Below, piece after piece: positions 24,973 through 37,412 of a stretch of 64,000 nt of DNA. A model generated the notes under the pieces. That model searched no databases. It was not told where the DNA came from and was given only the letters and a program-made list of their open reading frames with translations. Source of the DNA: Negaprion brevirostris (taxonomy: Eukaryota); NCBI GenBank assembly GCA_030324005.1, contig JARDVH010000132.1:36824980-36888979 (forward strand), in the 5' to 3' direction. Position numbers and translations under genes: made by a program. Within the stretch, counting starts at the first letter, position 1. The number at the start of each line of letters is the position of its first letter.

Positions 24973-26319
24973 CTGCAATTAGGGAGGAAGAAAGCAATCA
25001 ATTTCCAACTTTCTATTATTTACGCAACACTAAAAGCAGCAAACGCTAACCATGTGGCAGATGTTGAAGTTTATTTTTATTGTAAAGCATTTGTGTATCT
25101 CTGGTGTAAAAATGCACGTATATATATACACACACACAAATATCAATTCATATATTGAACGGTGCCTATATAATTACTATATATTTTGTACAGTCTATAA
25201 TAAAAACTGTCACGTCATGCAACCCTGTAGAAAATTACCTTACTTCCTGTGGCATTTAAAGACAGAAACCCATGCACCAATTATTTTCATCAAAATCCCA
25301 AGCATCAATTTATCAGTCTGTAATTAACCACTCAGATTACACAAAATAATTGATTAAAACTGGTTTATAAAAATGCTGTATTACTCCAGAGTAAGATTTC
25401 AAACATTTTTAAAATAAATTACCAAAATTGTACTACGTTCAGTAATTATTTTTCCTTTGTCTTTTAAGGCCTTTTTTTTAACCTGAATGCCTCCGCTTCC
25501 ACCAAGACTGGGTGGGCTCGGACATCATTTTTGTTCACAAACAGACTATATTAGTTTAAGTTCAGACTAGTGAATCTGCCATTTGTATTGTGCACAATTT
25601 CACAGAGCGCATCAACAGCTAATTTAGACAAAAATGCAATGTTTATCTGCCAGCATCTAACACTCTACTCGAGTCTTTTTCTTTTAATTGTTTGAAGAGA
25701 AAGTAAAAAATAAGTTTGACAAATTTCAAACATTGTATTCAAGAAAAATCTATATTTATAATCTAGATTTTAATTTAAAACAGAGTAGAAGGAAGAAATT
25801 GCAGATTTATTGATTACATACCTGTTGTATTTTTAATTGCTGATAAAATGATATAGACTACAGACATTTCAAAAGGTACTAAGAGACTTTCCTCATTTTA
25901 ATTGACCTGGATTTTTTTTACCCAAGACATACAGTTGAATTTTGAAATTGAATAGCTTATTACTTTTGTTTTAAGCACTGGAAAATATGAACCATCTAAT
26001 TACAAACACTTGTGGGAGAGAAACACTGTTGCTTTAACTTAGCTTAATAATTCAAGTTTTTAATTACCAGATCACTTACTTGCTGGTAGTTAGAAGATAT
26101 ATATTTTTTCTAATAATTGAAAACTGTTCGAGAAAAACAAATAGTAACACTTCCCAGAACCAAATGACAATGCCGTTACATTTGAAGTGGTCTATGTTAT
26201 ACCAGTGCTACCAATTTTGGGACACCAAGACCCATGAGGCAGATATCCTCCTCTACTGGATGACAGCGACAGAAATATGCAGTCAACCGGATCACAAATT
26301 CCACTATTAGACACAATGC

Positions 26320-28090
26320 TTCCTCACACATACTAAACATCTCCCACACAATATATCAACAGAAATGTACATAACATACATTTGAATGTTTAAATATCAA
26401 CACATATGGATTAATATACACACAAACATCCACACATTTGTATGCAGACAAATATTTGCATGTGCACATAGACATTTATGCATATACAAGCAGACATAAT
26501 ATATACATATCTATATATGAATGCATATGTCAAGATAGTAACAATGTTTATATACACAATTATACAAATGTACACATATATAAACAGATATTCACACATA
26601 CAAACAGAACTGCAAATACATACATGAACAGACATACAGCCTTATGCAGAGACGTGCACAAAGTTATATTAACAGTTTCACACACTTACACAGATCACAT
26701 GCATGTGCAGATAGTTACATATATACACAAATACAAGTAGATACATATACATACAGATGAACCAAACGTGCAAACCGACATACATATTATACTCAGCCGC
26801 GATTTTTTGTATACACATACATACACACACATATATCTTGCATTTATATAATGCCTATTACATAGTAAAACAATCCATTTGACAGAAATATTAGAAAAAC
26901 ACACATTATGGTGCAAATGAAAACATGAATAGAGACACAAAAATGCTGTACATCCACTGCAGACAGAAGCCATTTATACATGCAAATACTCACAGGTTAA
27001 AGCATGCATACATGCAAACTTTGCAACAAACACACACAGCATACAATGCATGTGCATATACAGACACATGAATACAAACACAAGTCACTAAGTATACCAT
27101 CATGCATGTATGTGGCTGTGCATATGTATACGTGTATCTATATGCGGATGTGTATGTGCACATTCTATGTACACATGTTCACCCATGTCTTCATGTATGC
27201 AATTATATATATTTATACATAAAAATATGTATACTGTAGAAAATCTACAGTACAGAAGGGGGCCATTCAACCCATCAGGTCTGCACCAACTCCCTGATAA
27301 AGCAATCCTGTGCATTTACCATCTTGGGACACTAAGGTTCATTCCATATAAACTGCACATCTTTGGACTGTAGAAGGAAACCAGAGCACCCAAATGAAAA
27401 CTGCGCAGGCACAGGAGAAAATGTAAACTCCACACAGTCACCCAAGCCTGGAAGCAAACCCTGGTCCACTGTGCCACCATACAAATATGTGCACACATAT
27501 TTATAGGCATATATAAATATACATATGCAAGTATGTATGTACATACACAATATGCATGTGCACACATATATAGGTATATGCATACATTTGAATACACATC
27601 CAGATGTATGTACGTGCATCTGCACAACATTTACATAGAGATGTGCGTATATACACATGACTACAACTTGATCCACATACATGCATCCACATATATATCC
27701 ATGTATGCCTTGGCACAATGCATTTTTTTTTAAACATAGATATACATGCCCATGAAGATTCAAGTATCAGTATCTACACACATCTACATACACGTGCAGA
27801 CTTAAACAGACTCGCACCAAGGCAGAGCACATGCAGGCACATACACACCATTCATAGGCTACATATAAAACACAAAACACCCATCGATACTGTGCAGATA
27901 CATGTACACACATGTGCAAACACATATCTAGAGATACATATAGATGCATTGTAAATACACACAAGGACATTCACAGAAATTTGGAACATAGAAATAGGAA
28001 TCGGCTATTCAGCCCCTCAAACCTTCAACTAGACGGACACAAACACCTGCACGACTATTGTTACATTCATAGACGCAAGTACATCAATTC
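26320..28090 (+). repeat. Degenerate (CA/TA)-rich low-complexity tract
   Basis: ~1.7 kb of acac/atac/atgcat-like alternating purine-pyrimidine sequence, producing spurious C/V/Y/H/T-rich ORFs. Confidence 0.8.
27228..27480 (-). mobile_element. HE1/V-SINE-like SINE
   Basis: ctgcacatctttggactgtagaaggaaaccagagcacc...aactccacacagtcacccaag...cactgtgccacc; CR1-like tail near 27240. Confidence 0.75.
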
Positions 28091-28456
28091 CTAATTATAT
28101 TCCATCATCCCAATTAAACGCAACAAATTATCAAGTCACGACATGGAATCTAGGAAGTTAGACATCACCTGATCAAATGGGACGTTTCATACACAGGAGA
28201 AAACACTGATCCGCCACCTAAAACAATTCTGACTTAAGTACAGACGACATTGCATAAACCATCAAGTTCTTTTTAAATGAATAACGTACAGATCTCAGAC
28301 CTTCCCAGGCCTAAAAACTGATGTGGAGTTGAAGGAGAAAGTCTGGACGGGGGCCGAGGCCTCCACGCCGAGGCGGAGGTGTTTCCTTGCGCTCAACTTT
28401 TTACACGTATATAAGTTGTACACACATACATACGCACAGCACACATTTGTTTTTAC

Positions 28457-28601
28457 CTTGATGCACAGCAACATTACAACCGTGTCCGTCACAGTAAACC
28501 AGGGGGTTTTCAGCCCAGCCTCTCTCGTCTGAGCAAACGCAACAGCCGCCAATCATCTCCTTCATATTTGAAAAGTCAGCCGGAAGTCCACTTGAAACCA
28601 T
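28457..28601 (-). CDS. MLLT10: MLLT10 first coding exon (145 nt; start codon and PHD1 N-terminal half)
   Basis: MVSSGLPADFSNMKEMIGGCCVCSDERGWAENPLVYCDGHGCNVAVHQ+G; ATG directly after a tag acceptor with a long pyrimidine tract; donor G|gtaaaa. MVSS and MKEMIGG plus synteny with SKIDA1 favour MLLT10 over MLLT6. Confidence 0.95.
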
Positions 28602-28824
28602 CTACGAGTAGAGGAGAAAAGAGGGGAAAAGGGATAGGAGAGAGGTGAATGGGGGAAAGAGATGGAAGGGGAAGGGGGGGGGAAGAAGTTTTGTGAAGGC
28701 ATGAAGGACAGTCCAATCACTTTTTCTTCAGGGCATCAAAACATAAGGTGAGAAAAGCTGTCAGCGCTGCCAGCTATTCTCCACTTTTCTCACCTGAGCC
28801 AAAACTCTAACAGAAAATTGAAAA

Positions 28825-28972
28825 ATCCTGCTCAGCATTTCTGACAAAGCAGCCTTCCCTCAGCACAAAACTGAAGCACCAGCCTAGATACATGCTCAGG
28901 TTACTGAAGATGGGCTTGAACCCATGACCTTACTTATTAGAGGCGAGACTGTGCAGACTGAGCTCAGGCTGA
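28825..28972 (-). mobile_element. tRNA-derived SINE head (SacSINE1/DeuSINE-like)
   Basis: Reverse complement tcagcctgagctcagt...ctcgcctct...ggtcatgggttcaagccc...tctaggctg...ctgaggga shows A/B boxes. Confidence 0.55.
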
Positions 28973-29844
28973 AAAAATCTCTCAACACAAGACAATGAAT
29001 AAAACTTCTGTAATTCTCTTCTGGTTCAAAATTATTTTATAATCAATCAGTGTTTTAAGCTTATATTTAACTTAATTGTTTTACAAAGATTTTTTTGACA
29101 TAGCTTTTGCTTTGATTTGGTTTATTGTGTTAAAATATACGTGTATCCTATATAACATTGTATTTTATTACCTTTTTCTATTAATTGAAACCTAATTAAA
29201 TCAAATTATATTACAAAAGTTAGATTTTCTTTAGACATTTCTATTATCAAACCTTGTTCATAGGTAACCACACTTGAAAGAGGAAGACTTGACAACGCTT
29301 CTGCAGTTTGTTTCACCTTCCAGACACTGCTGTTATTATCATGTTATTAGGTCTCAAAATGTGGACTTTGAAACAATTTGTGGCAGCGTTGTCAGTTGAT
29401 GTGGATGCCTGGCTGCCTTTTTGTGATAAAATAAGCCACTGCAATAACACACAACCTGCTTGTTAAAAAAATATACTCTACAGAGAGATCATCTTGTCGT
29501 CATTTTTCATCCTAATTGTGATGGCATTCAAAAAGGTAAATGATGAATGGAGCTATGATGTTGTTCTGACTGAATATGTCAATCCATGATTGAACATAGG
29601 GACCTTGACCTTGACTATCTCCATCGAATCAGTAAACACTGACAGCTTATTGTTTATCATGGAAGATGGAAAAGAGAAAATGCTGACCAAAGATGTCAAT
29701 TTTTTTGACACTTCAGTAAACCTTCTTACATATTATTGGATGAGCAAAATGTTAACCCTGATCACCTCTACCGTAATTCAATTTGCTGCTTAATGGTTTT
29801 ACGTGGTGTTGAATTAAATTTACACTTCTGGTCTCAGAAATTGG

Positions 29845-30185
29845 GAGAGGCAAGGGCCTAGTGGTGTTACCGTGAAACTATTAATCCAGAAATTCACCTC
29901 ATGTTCTGGGGCCTGAGCTTCAAATCCCACTAAAACACCAATTAAAAAATCTGGAATTAAGAATCCATTGGTGACCATGAAGCCATTGTTGATTGTCAGA
30001 AAAACCCATCTGGTTCACTAATATCCTTTAGGGAAGGAAATGTGCTGTCCTTATCTGTCTAGCCTACATGAGACTCCAAAGCCACAGTAATGCAACTGAC
30101 TCTCAACTGCCCTCAGGCAACTAGGGTTGGGCAATAAATGCTGGCCAGCCAGTGACACTCGTGTCCCACTAAAGAATAAAAAAAA
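29845..30185 (+). mobile_element. tRNA-derived SINE with LINE-derived tail and poly(A)
   Basis: A-box ggcctagtgg, B-box gcttcaaatccc, tail ggcaactagggttgggcaataaatgctggcc...aataaaaaaa. Confidence 0.75.
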
Positions 30186-30934
30186 GCCCAACAGTAATAA
30201 ACAATGGCACGACTTCTATTTCTCATTGTACCACAGTCATTAGCACCTGTCTTATTATATGTCAGTTAGTTTTTCATGGAATTTTACACAGAAGAGCAAC
30301 ATTCCCAAAGGTATTCTCCCAGAATCTCACCATTACTTTGGTGGATGATCAATAGAATTTCCAGAGAATGATGCAAACAGCTGTTTAAGTAATTTCTTTA
30401 TGGTTTCTGTCCAAGTTACAGTGGGAATTCAGGAGTGTAAATGATACTCTGGAGAGTCACGCAAAATCAAGAATCAAGACCTTCAGGTAAAAGTGGGCTC
30501 ACAAACCAGGAAATCATTAGAGTGATCCATTCCTTATTTTCATATATCTATAAAAAAATTCTGTGTCTACGTTTATAATACTTGTTATGTAAACTTACAT
30601 TGTACTTACACCTTCCACCATTGGTGACACTGTACCATCCCTGGAGAGTTTAATTAATAAATAAATTTGAAATAGGAATTTATAATTGACGAAAATGACA
30701 AGATGCAGTTGTAAGATTTTTATTGCACATCTGTATAAGTAATATTTTTAAACTCCTGACTTTGTTTAATAAATCCCAACCACAGACCAGTCATGTATCT
30801 ATCAGCTGCTAAGAAGGCATGACCTTTATGTCAAAGCAAAGCAATATTTTGAGCGTTTTTTATTTATGAACTACCATTTCCCTACTTCTCTACTAACCCT
30901 CAATCGTCCTAAGTCAGATATTTGCAAATAGGTT

Positions 30935-31710
30935 CTGCTGCTAAATGGAAGTAATATTTGTCTACACAAGTGCCAGGCAATGACCATCTCCAACAAGAGA
31001 GAATCTAGCCATCTCTCTTATGATCTTCATTAGCACTACTGAACTCCCCACCATCAACGTCCAGAGGGTTACTATTGACCAGAAACTTGAATGAACTAGC
31101 CATTTAAATAATGTGTTGACAAGAGCAGGTCAGAGGCTCAGAATTCTGAGGCAAATAACTCATCTCTTGACTCACTGATCCTTTCCACCATCAATGAGGT
31201 ACATGTCAGGAGTGTGATGGAATACTCTCCATTTGCCTGGATGATTGCAGCTCCAACTGCACAATGCCATCTAGGACAAAGTAGCTTTCTTGGTCGGCAC
31301 TCCATCCACCACCTTAATAATTCACTACTTTCACCATAAACACACAATGGCAACAAGGTGTACCAAGATACACTGCAACAACACACCAAGGCTCCTTTAA
31401 CAATACCTTCCAAATCTGTGACTTCTACCACCTAAAAGAAAAAGGATAGCACTTGGTTGGGAAAACCACCACTTGGAAATACCCTTCACAATGACATGCC
31501 ATCCCTGACTTGGAAATAATATTGCCATTCCTTCACTGTTGCTGGGTCAAAATCCTGAAACTCCCTCCCTGACAGCACTGTGGGTGTACCTACATGAACT
31601 ACAACTCCAAGAAAGTGGCTCACCGCTAATTCCAAGGGCAATTAGGGATGGGCACTAACTTCTCACTTTGTCAATATCATTGAAATCCCACATGGGGATA
31701 AAAGGAAAAA
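30935..31710 (+). mobile_element. CR1/L2-group LINE 3' fragment
   Basis: HVRSVMEYSPFAWMIAAPT-like segment near 31200-31260; 3' end aagggcaattagggatgggca shared with 35500-35760. Confidence 0.7.
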
Positions 31711-32614
31711 CACAGTTCTGGTTCTGTTTGGCACTTGTCCTCAATTCTGTCAGAAAAGTGACATAATGCTTTAAAACCTATCTATTATGAAGGGACCTAT
31801 GTCAGCTAAATGTGCTGATTTGTATGTTGACTTGTGAAAAATGTTGACATATCATTTCCACATTTTTTTTTTGCCCTGGCCCAGGTTTTTGATTGTCATG
31901 TCATTTTCAAATCAGGTCAAATCTCCCACGAGAAGGTTAGAAGTTTTTTGACATCTGATGTGCATTGAAGACTAAAAAGCAACAGCTAATGGAATGTGTG
32001 CTCATCAATTATGGGAGTGATATTTTTATAACATANNNNNNNNNNTCCTCTCTCAGGTGATTCAAGCTAGAAAGCAGTTTTAATGCAATCAGGCAGCAAC
32101 TCTATCCTCCATGCAGACAGCAAATACAGGGACTACGGGGAAAAGTAAATTGAACATGAGCACTTAGTGAAAAGTAACACATCATTACACAATAAGTTAA
32201 ATTGCACAGCACTGCTTTACATTTGTTTCCTGAAGATAACATCATCTGATCAATATTGTTTTTCTTATTTGTCTTTTGTAATAAATACATTATTGCAAAC
32301 AATTATATGTCTGACTGAATAAGCTCTGCAGAAGAAAAACAAAGGCAAAGTCCAGTTGAAGCTTGGCCTTGAATTCTTGCCTTTCAGTCAAGAATATTCT
32401 TATCCAATGTTACAACCATGTAACAAGGCACTGTATGTTTTGAAATATAACCACATTTATTGATTGATTTGATGTTGTCACTGAGTTAAGTGAAAACTGT
32501 ACATGAAAGCAGCACTGCAGTTATTTATTACATCACATACACCACAGATAGTTGTAGATAACAGAAAGTAACAAAAGGTAGCACCTTAAAGCTACAACAA
32601 TGGCTATCATGAAG

Positions 32615-32827
32615 TGAGAAGTCTCACAACAGCACGTTCAAGTCCAACAGGTTTATTTGGAATCACAAGCTTTCGGCACGCTGCTCCTTCATCAGATGAG
32701 TGACTTACCTGATGAAGAAGCGGTCCTCCGAAAATCATGATTCCAAATAAACCTGTTGGACTTTAACCTGGTGTTGTGAGACTTCTTAATGTGCCCAACC
32801 CAGTCCAACACTGGCATCTCCAAATCA
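32615..32827. repeat. Palindromic Penelope-like element with 10-bp target-site duplication
   Basis: Inverted arms agaagtctcacaac...aagtccaacaggtttatttggaatca / tgattccaaataaacctgttggactt...gttgtgagacttct; TATCATGAAG at 32605-32614 and 32828-32837. Confidence 0.8.
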
Positions 32828-33564
32828 TATCATGAAGAAATACATTTCTGAACATGTTTCTTCATAATTCTGGAAAATCAAATACCATTTTTAAATACAC
32901 TAAAATATTTGGTAAAATTAGACTTTGGACATTTAGGCTGGAACTTTCTGGCCATTCACACTGGTGGGATTGTCCAGTTCTGCTGATGGCACACCACTGC
33001 CACGGGCTTCAGGTGGTGAGAGGTGCATTCACAGGAAATTCTAATAATAACAGTGGGACCAAAAGAAATGCCTCACAAAAGTCCTGGTTTAGCAGGATGT
33101 TGTGGTTTCCCTCATCTCATGGCCCTTAAATCCTTACGTTCAAAATCTCAACCCCATTAGAAGCACAAGTGTGCCTATCCATCTTGACCCTATCCATCTT
33201 GAGGTCTCTGCCATTGTGTGTATAGAAACTCTTCCCCCAACATCAGTCTCTCCACAACAGCCCACTCATGTGTGAGCGTTACCTTTCCCATCCATAGTTC
33301 AGGCCTCACCTAGTAGCCCCTTGTGCTTCCACAGCCTGAATTCTAAATTCTCATGTGCCGACTCTGCAAACATTTTGAAGATGTCTTACCGCTAAGTCAC
33401 CCACCTTTGAAATACAGTTTAAGCAGTATATTCAAATAAACAATTGATTAATGATGAAAAAGGCAAAATTTCTAATACTAGAAATCTGGACTAAAATAAA
33501 AAATATTTGCAATACACAGCAGATCAATTCAGCATTTGAAAGAGGAAGATAAATGAGCATTATG

Positions 33565-33835
33565 AATCATAGAATCATAGAATCCCTACAGTGCAGAAGG
33601 GAGCCATTTGGCCCATCAATTCTGCACTGACCACAATCCCACCCGGACCCTATTCATATTTACTCAGCTAATCTCTAACATTGGGTCAATTTAGCCTGCC
33701 TGCACATCTTTAGACTGTGGGAGGAAACCAGAGCACCTGGGGGAAACCCAAGCAAACATGGGGAGAACATGCAGACTCCAAACAGCCAGTGTCTCTGGTG
33801 TTGTGAGGCAGAAGTGCTAACCACTGTGCCACCAT
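33565..33835 (-). mobile_element. HE1-like SINE (V-domain, CR1-derived tail)
   Basis: (atagaatc)n tail; core tgcacatctttagactgtgggaggaaaccagagcacc; head gtgctaaccactgtgccacc. Confidence 0.8.
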
Positions 33836-33999
33836 AAGAGAATAAGAAACTTTATCACAGCTTCATTATCGGATACTTCCTGACAATAATACATAACAAG
33901 CTTGATGCTGAATTTGAACCAAGACCAAATTTGTAATAGATGCCTTGAATATCTCTAACTGTATTGTGAAATAATTATTACTTTCACTTCTATAATCAC

Positions 34000-34350
34000 A
34001 TTTTCCTCAGTGGCTTTGCAACTTCAGCGGCTTCCTTTTCTTCAATGCATCAATCTCAAGAGATTCCTGTCATCTTCAAATGCCTCTACAACTGTGTCCT
34101 GATAGTCGTAGCAACTTTGTTCAGCCCAGATTGCCAGCGACTCGCCATATTAATAGCCCCCTTCTCTCTTTACCACAACCACTTTCTCCTAAACTCCGAG
34201 ACCCCTGTCAAAAAATTCTTTGTATTGCTTTATACCTACCCAGTTTAGCCTTGGCTACGTCCACGTTTCCCATTTTTGTCCGACTTTGAAATGGCATGAG
34301 ATACTTTGCGGCATCAAGGGCACTATATAAATGCAAGTTGTTATTGTGTT
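34000..34350 (+). mobile_element. L2-like LINE 3' remnant
   Basis: Ends in gggcactatataaatgcaagttgttattg, an L2/DeuSINE-type tail. Confidence 0.45.
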
Positions 34351-34849
34351 AAAAAGTAATAGCGGTGAGGAAAGGGCTCAGGCCCTGATCCACCATGTGA
34401 TGGAAAGGTGCATACATCTGCCAAACCAGAGCAGGTTGATCCCTGTCAGCAGGTCTGGGTTCACCCATTTTCAATAATACCAGTGGAACAAGGATGGAAG
34501 TGCCGAAAATCTGACAAAGTGCCTATTCTTCCTATTTAAAAAGCGTTTTGCAGCATGGAGGAAACCCACTATTGGCCAGTGGCAAGATCTTATGGTCCTG
34601 CTGTTGTCAATGGGGTTTCCCATTGTTTGCAGGAAATCCACAGTGGTGGGGTTGCCATCAGCAGGACCAGAATATCCCGCCAATTGGAAAATCCCACTCT
34701 ATTTCCACTGGGCTCCCACCTGGACAGCTTCCAGTGACTAGACTCTTTGCCTGTTAGAGCACACACTCAAATGATGTAATGGGATTTAAAAGCCTGTGGC
34801 ATCTTTAAAAAGCAAGTGACAATAAAGAGCGTAAAAGAAGAAATGATTA

Positions 34850-35100
34850 GCAACAGCAGCCGGAAGACCAGTAGGACAATGTGCTTAAAATTTTTACTGC
34901 TGCTGCAATAGACAACTTTTAACAAGTAATGAGAAAAAGTTGACAGGATTAGTCAGCATACAGGGCAACAAAACCATACTGAACCATAGTGATACAGAGT
35001 GGAGACCAATAGCTGAAGCAGTTAAAGCTGCCTCCACAATTCCAGACCAGCAACTCAGTGCCAGAAATGATTGAATGACTTGATCCGAATGGGCAAGTTA
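34850..35100 (+). pseudogene. Degenerate Myb/SANT-like (trihelix) ORF, probable PIF/Harbinger transposon remnant
   Basis: From 34997: EWRPIAEAVKAASTIP, frameshift, RPATQCQK*LNDLIRMGK; fits the W..IA..V.A.....RT..QC.K..NDL pattern. Confidence 0.6.
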
Positions 35101-35499
35101 ACTGATCATCTGCTCTACTGCTGGTCTTCCAAGCAGCACAATTAAGATGCCAATATGGACATAATGAAGTAGAGTGTTTTCAACCCTGCTGGCTGATCAC
35201 TGACTTAGCAGAAAGTGCACCAAGCTCCTGGCAGACATACCATCATTAGATCTTGAATTCCTTCAGCAATCTGAGTCTAATGTTCACCGGTCAGGTCTCC
35301 CAAATTCTTATTCATGCCGGGATTCATTATCTAATTTAGAGATGCAACATGTAGCTGATCCTTCGCAGGAAATAGTTACAGGAGGAATTATTTTGTCAGC
35401 TCAGCACAAAAGGGAACATTCTCCCAATGTCAACAACTCAACCATCCTTTCATTTCCTTCAACAGCACATTTTATAACCTGTAACCTCTACCACCCAGG

Positions 35500-35760
35500 A
35501 GAAAGGTGCCAGATACACGGGGACACCACATTCCCCTCCAAGCCATGCATCATCCAGGCTTGGAAATATATCCCCGCTCCTTGGCACTGGATCAAAATCC
35601 TGGAACTTCCTTTCTAACAGGACTGTGGTTGTACTACACCAACTGGAGTATAGTGGATCAATAAGGCAGCTCCCCACCACTTTCTCACAGGCAGTTAGGG
35701 ATGGGAAATAAATGCTGGCGAAGCCAATGACACTCAGATCTCATAAAAGATTTTCAAAAA
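35500..35760 (+). mobile_element. LINE 3' end, same family as 30935-31710
   Basis: atccaggcttggaaatatatc...ggatcaaaatcctggaacttcct...ggcagttagggatgggaaataaatgctgg. Confidence 0.7.
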
Positions 35761-36039
35761 TCTGCTTGTTTACCAGCCTAATTTCCTAAACTTCTAAAGT
35801 AGAGGCAACATAAAATAAAAGTGTGATAAAAATATACTTTAAAATTATCTTTTTAGTGGAGGAAAAGATTTAGAATGATGGGGTGGATTACGATCAATTA
35901 AAGGGTCAATAAACTTTGACTAGTGACAGAAAATTGGAAATTAAAGAAAACAGAGTAAGCAGATATGAGGAGTTCCAATTAATTTTAAGTTTGTGTTTTA
36001 ATTATGTTCTAATGTAGGTTAATGTTACAATCATTGTCA

Positions 36040-36450
36040 TCTGATTTGATTTGATTTGATATGATTTATTATTGTCACATGTATTAACATACAGTGAAAA
36101 ATATTGTTTCTTGCATGCTATACAGACAATAACATACCTTTCATAGAGAAGGTAACAAGAGAGAGCAGAATGTAGTGTTACAGTCATAGCTAGGGTGTAG
36201 AGAAAGATTAACTTAATGCAAGGTAAGTCCATTCAAAAGTCTAACGGCAGCTGGGAAGAGGCTGATCTTGAGTCGGTTGATAAGTGTCCTGAGATTTTTA
36301 TGTCTTTTTCCCAACGGAAGAAGGTGGAAGACAGAATGTCCGGGCTGCATGGGGTCCTTAACTATTCTGGCTGTTTTGCTGAGGCAGCAGGAAGTGAAGA
36401 CAGAGTCAATGGATGGGAGGCTGGTTTGCGTGATGGATTGGGCTACATTC
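36040..36450 (-). mobile_element. Rex1/Babar-like LINE 3' end with (CAAAT)n tail
   Basis: Strong similarity to 11735-12130; tgatttgatttgatttgat tail at ~36042-36060. Confidence 0.85.
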
Positions 36451-37412
36451 GGCAGAGCAGACCAAAGATGGTAAATGCTCCAAGTTATGGGGATGAGGCG
36501 GAGGGAGGGCCTGTGTGGGGAGCTCCTTCAGAGAGTTGACTCGATGCAGATTTGAAGGGCTGAATGACCTCTTTCTGCTCTGAAGGCATTATATGTTTCT
36601 AAATCCAAATTCTCAAATTACCATGGTGGAAGGTGAGCTCATATTCTCTGGATTAATGTCAGAGTCTGCTGGATAACTAGCCGGATGGTTGCTACTTTAC
36701 AAGTCGGAAATCCTTGATATTATTTGTGTTCTTCGGACATCCCTGATTTTCTTCTCCCCTCAATTGCTACCTGTGCCTGCAGCTTTCCAGGATCTAAGCT
36801 CTGGAATTTCCTGCCAAACCTCTCTATTTCTCTGACCACCTTTAACAGCCACTTCAAAATCTGAGCCTTTAATCTATGGCTCGCCCATCCTTCAATGCTC
36901 AGCATTAAATTTAATCTGTGTCCTTTGGTGACTGACCTTCCTGGAGTGAATTATGACTTTAACCTTGTTGAAGCTATCCCAAATCAAGAGCAGTCCTTTA
37001 ATAATTACCTCCAACTGCTTTTGAAATAGCTAATTTCTGTAGACACTTTTTTCAGAGCTAAGTAAGTTAACCATTTCTCCCTCAATGAAGATAGTCATTA
37101 AGAGATATTACCATCTTCCAGATACCCCCTTTTAAAATGCCTATCAGCTGGGATATAATTATCCAGATATTAGAAAGTCCCAGGGTGTCTCTTCACAAAC
37201 AATGTATCTCTCCATTTTAGGAATATACATGGTGGGGGGGGATCCTTAAAGTTGCACAAGCAGTTATATATTTTACTGAATTATTTATAAATTTATTAAA
37301 GAACCACAACACNNNNNNNNNNNNNNNNNNNNNNNNNNNNNNNNNNNNNNNNNNNNNNNNNNNNNNNNNNNNNNNNNNNNNNNNNNNNNNNNNNNNNNNN
37401 NNNNNNNNNNNN

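Noticed and set aside
26411-28094. Many overlapping Cys/His/Tyr-rich ORFs
   Set aside because: They are translations of the CA/TA low-complexity tract, not zinc-finger genes.
7856-28601. Calling the PZP gene MLLT6
   Set aside because: The MVSS leader, MKEMIGG and adjacency to a full Ski-domain SKIDA1 favour MLLT10.
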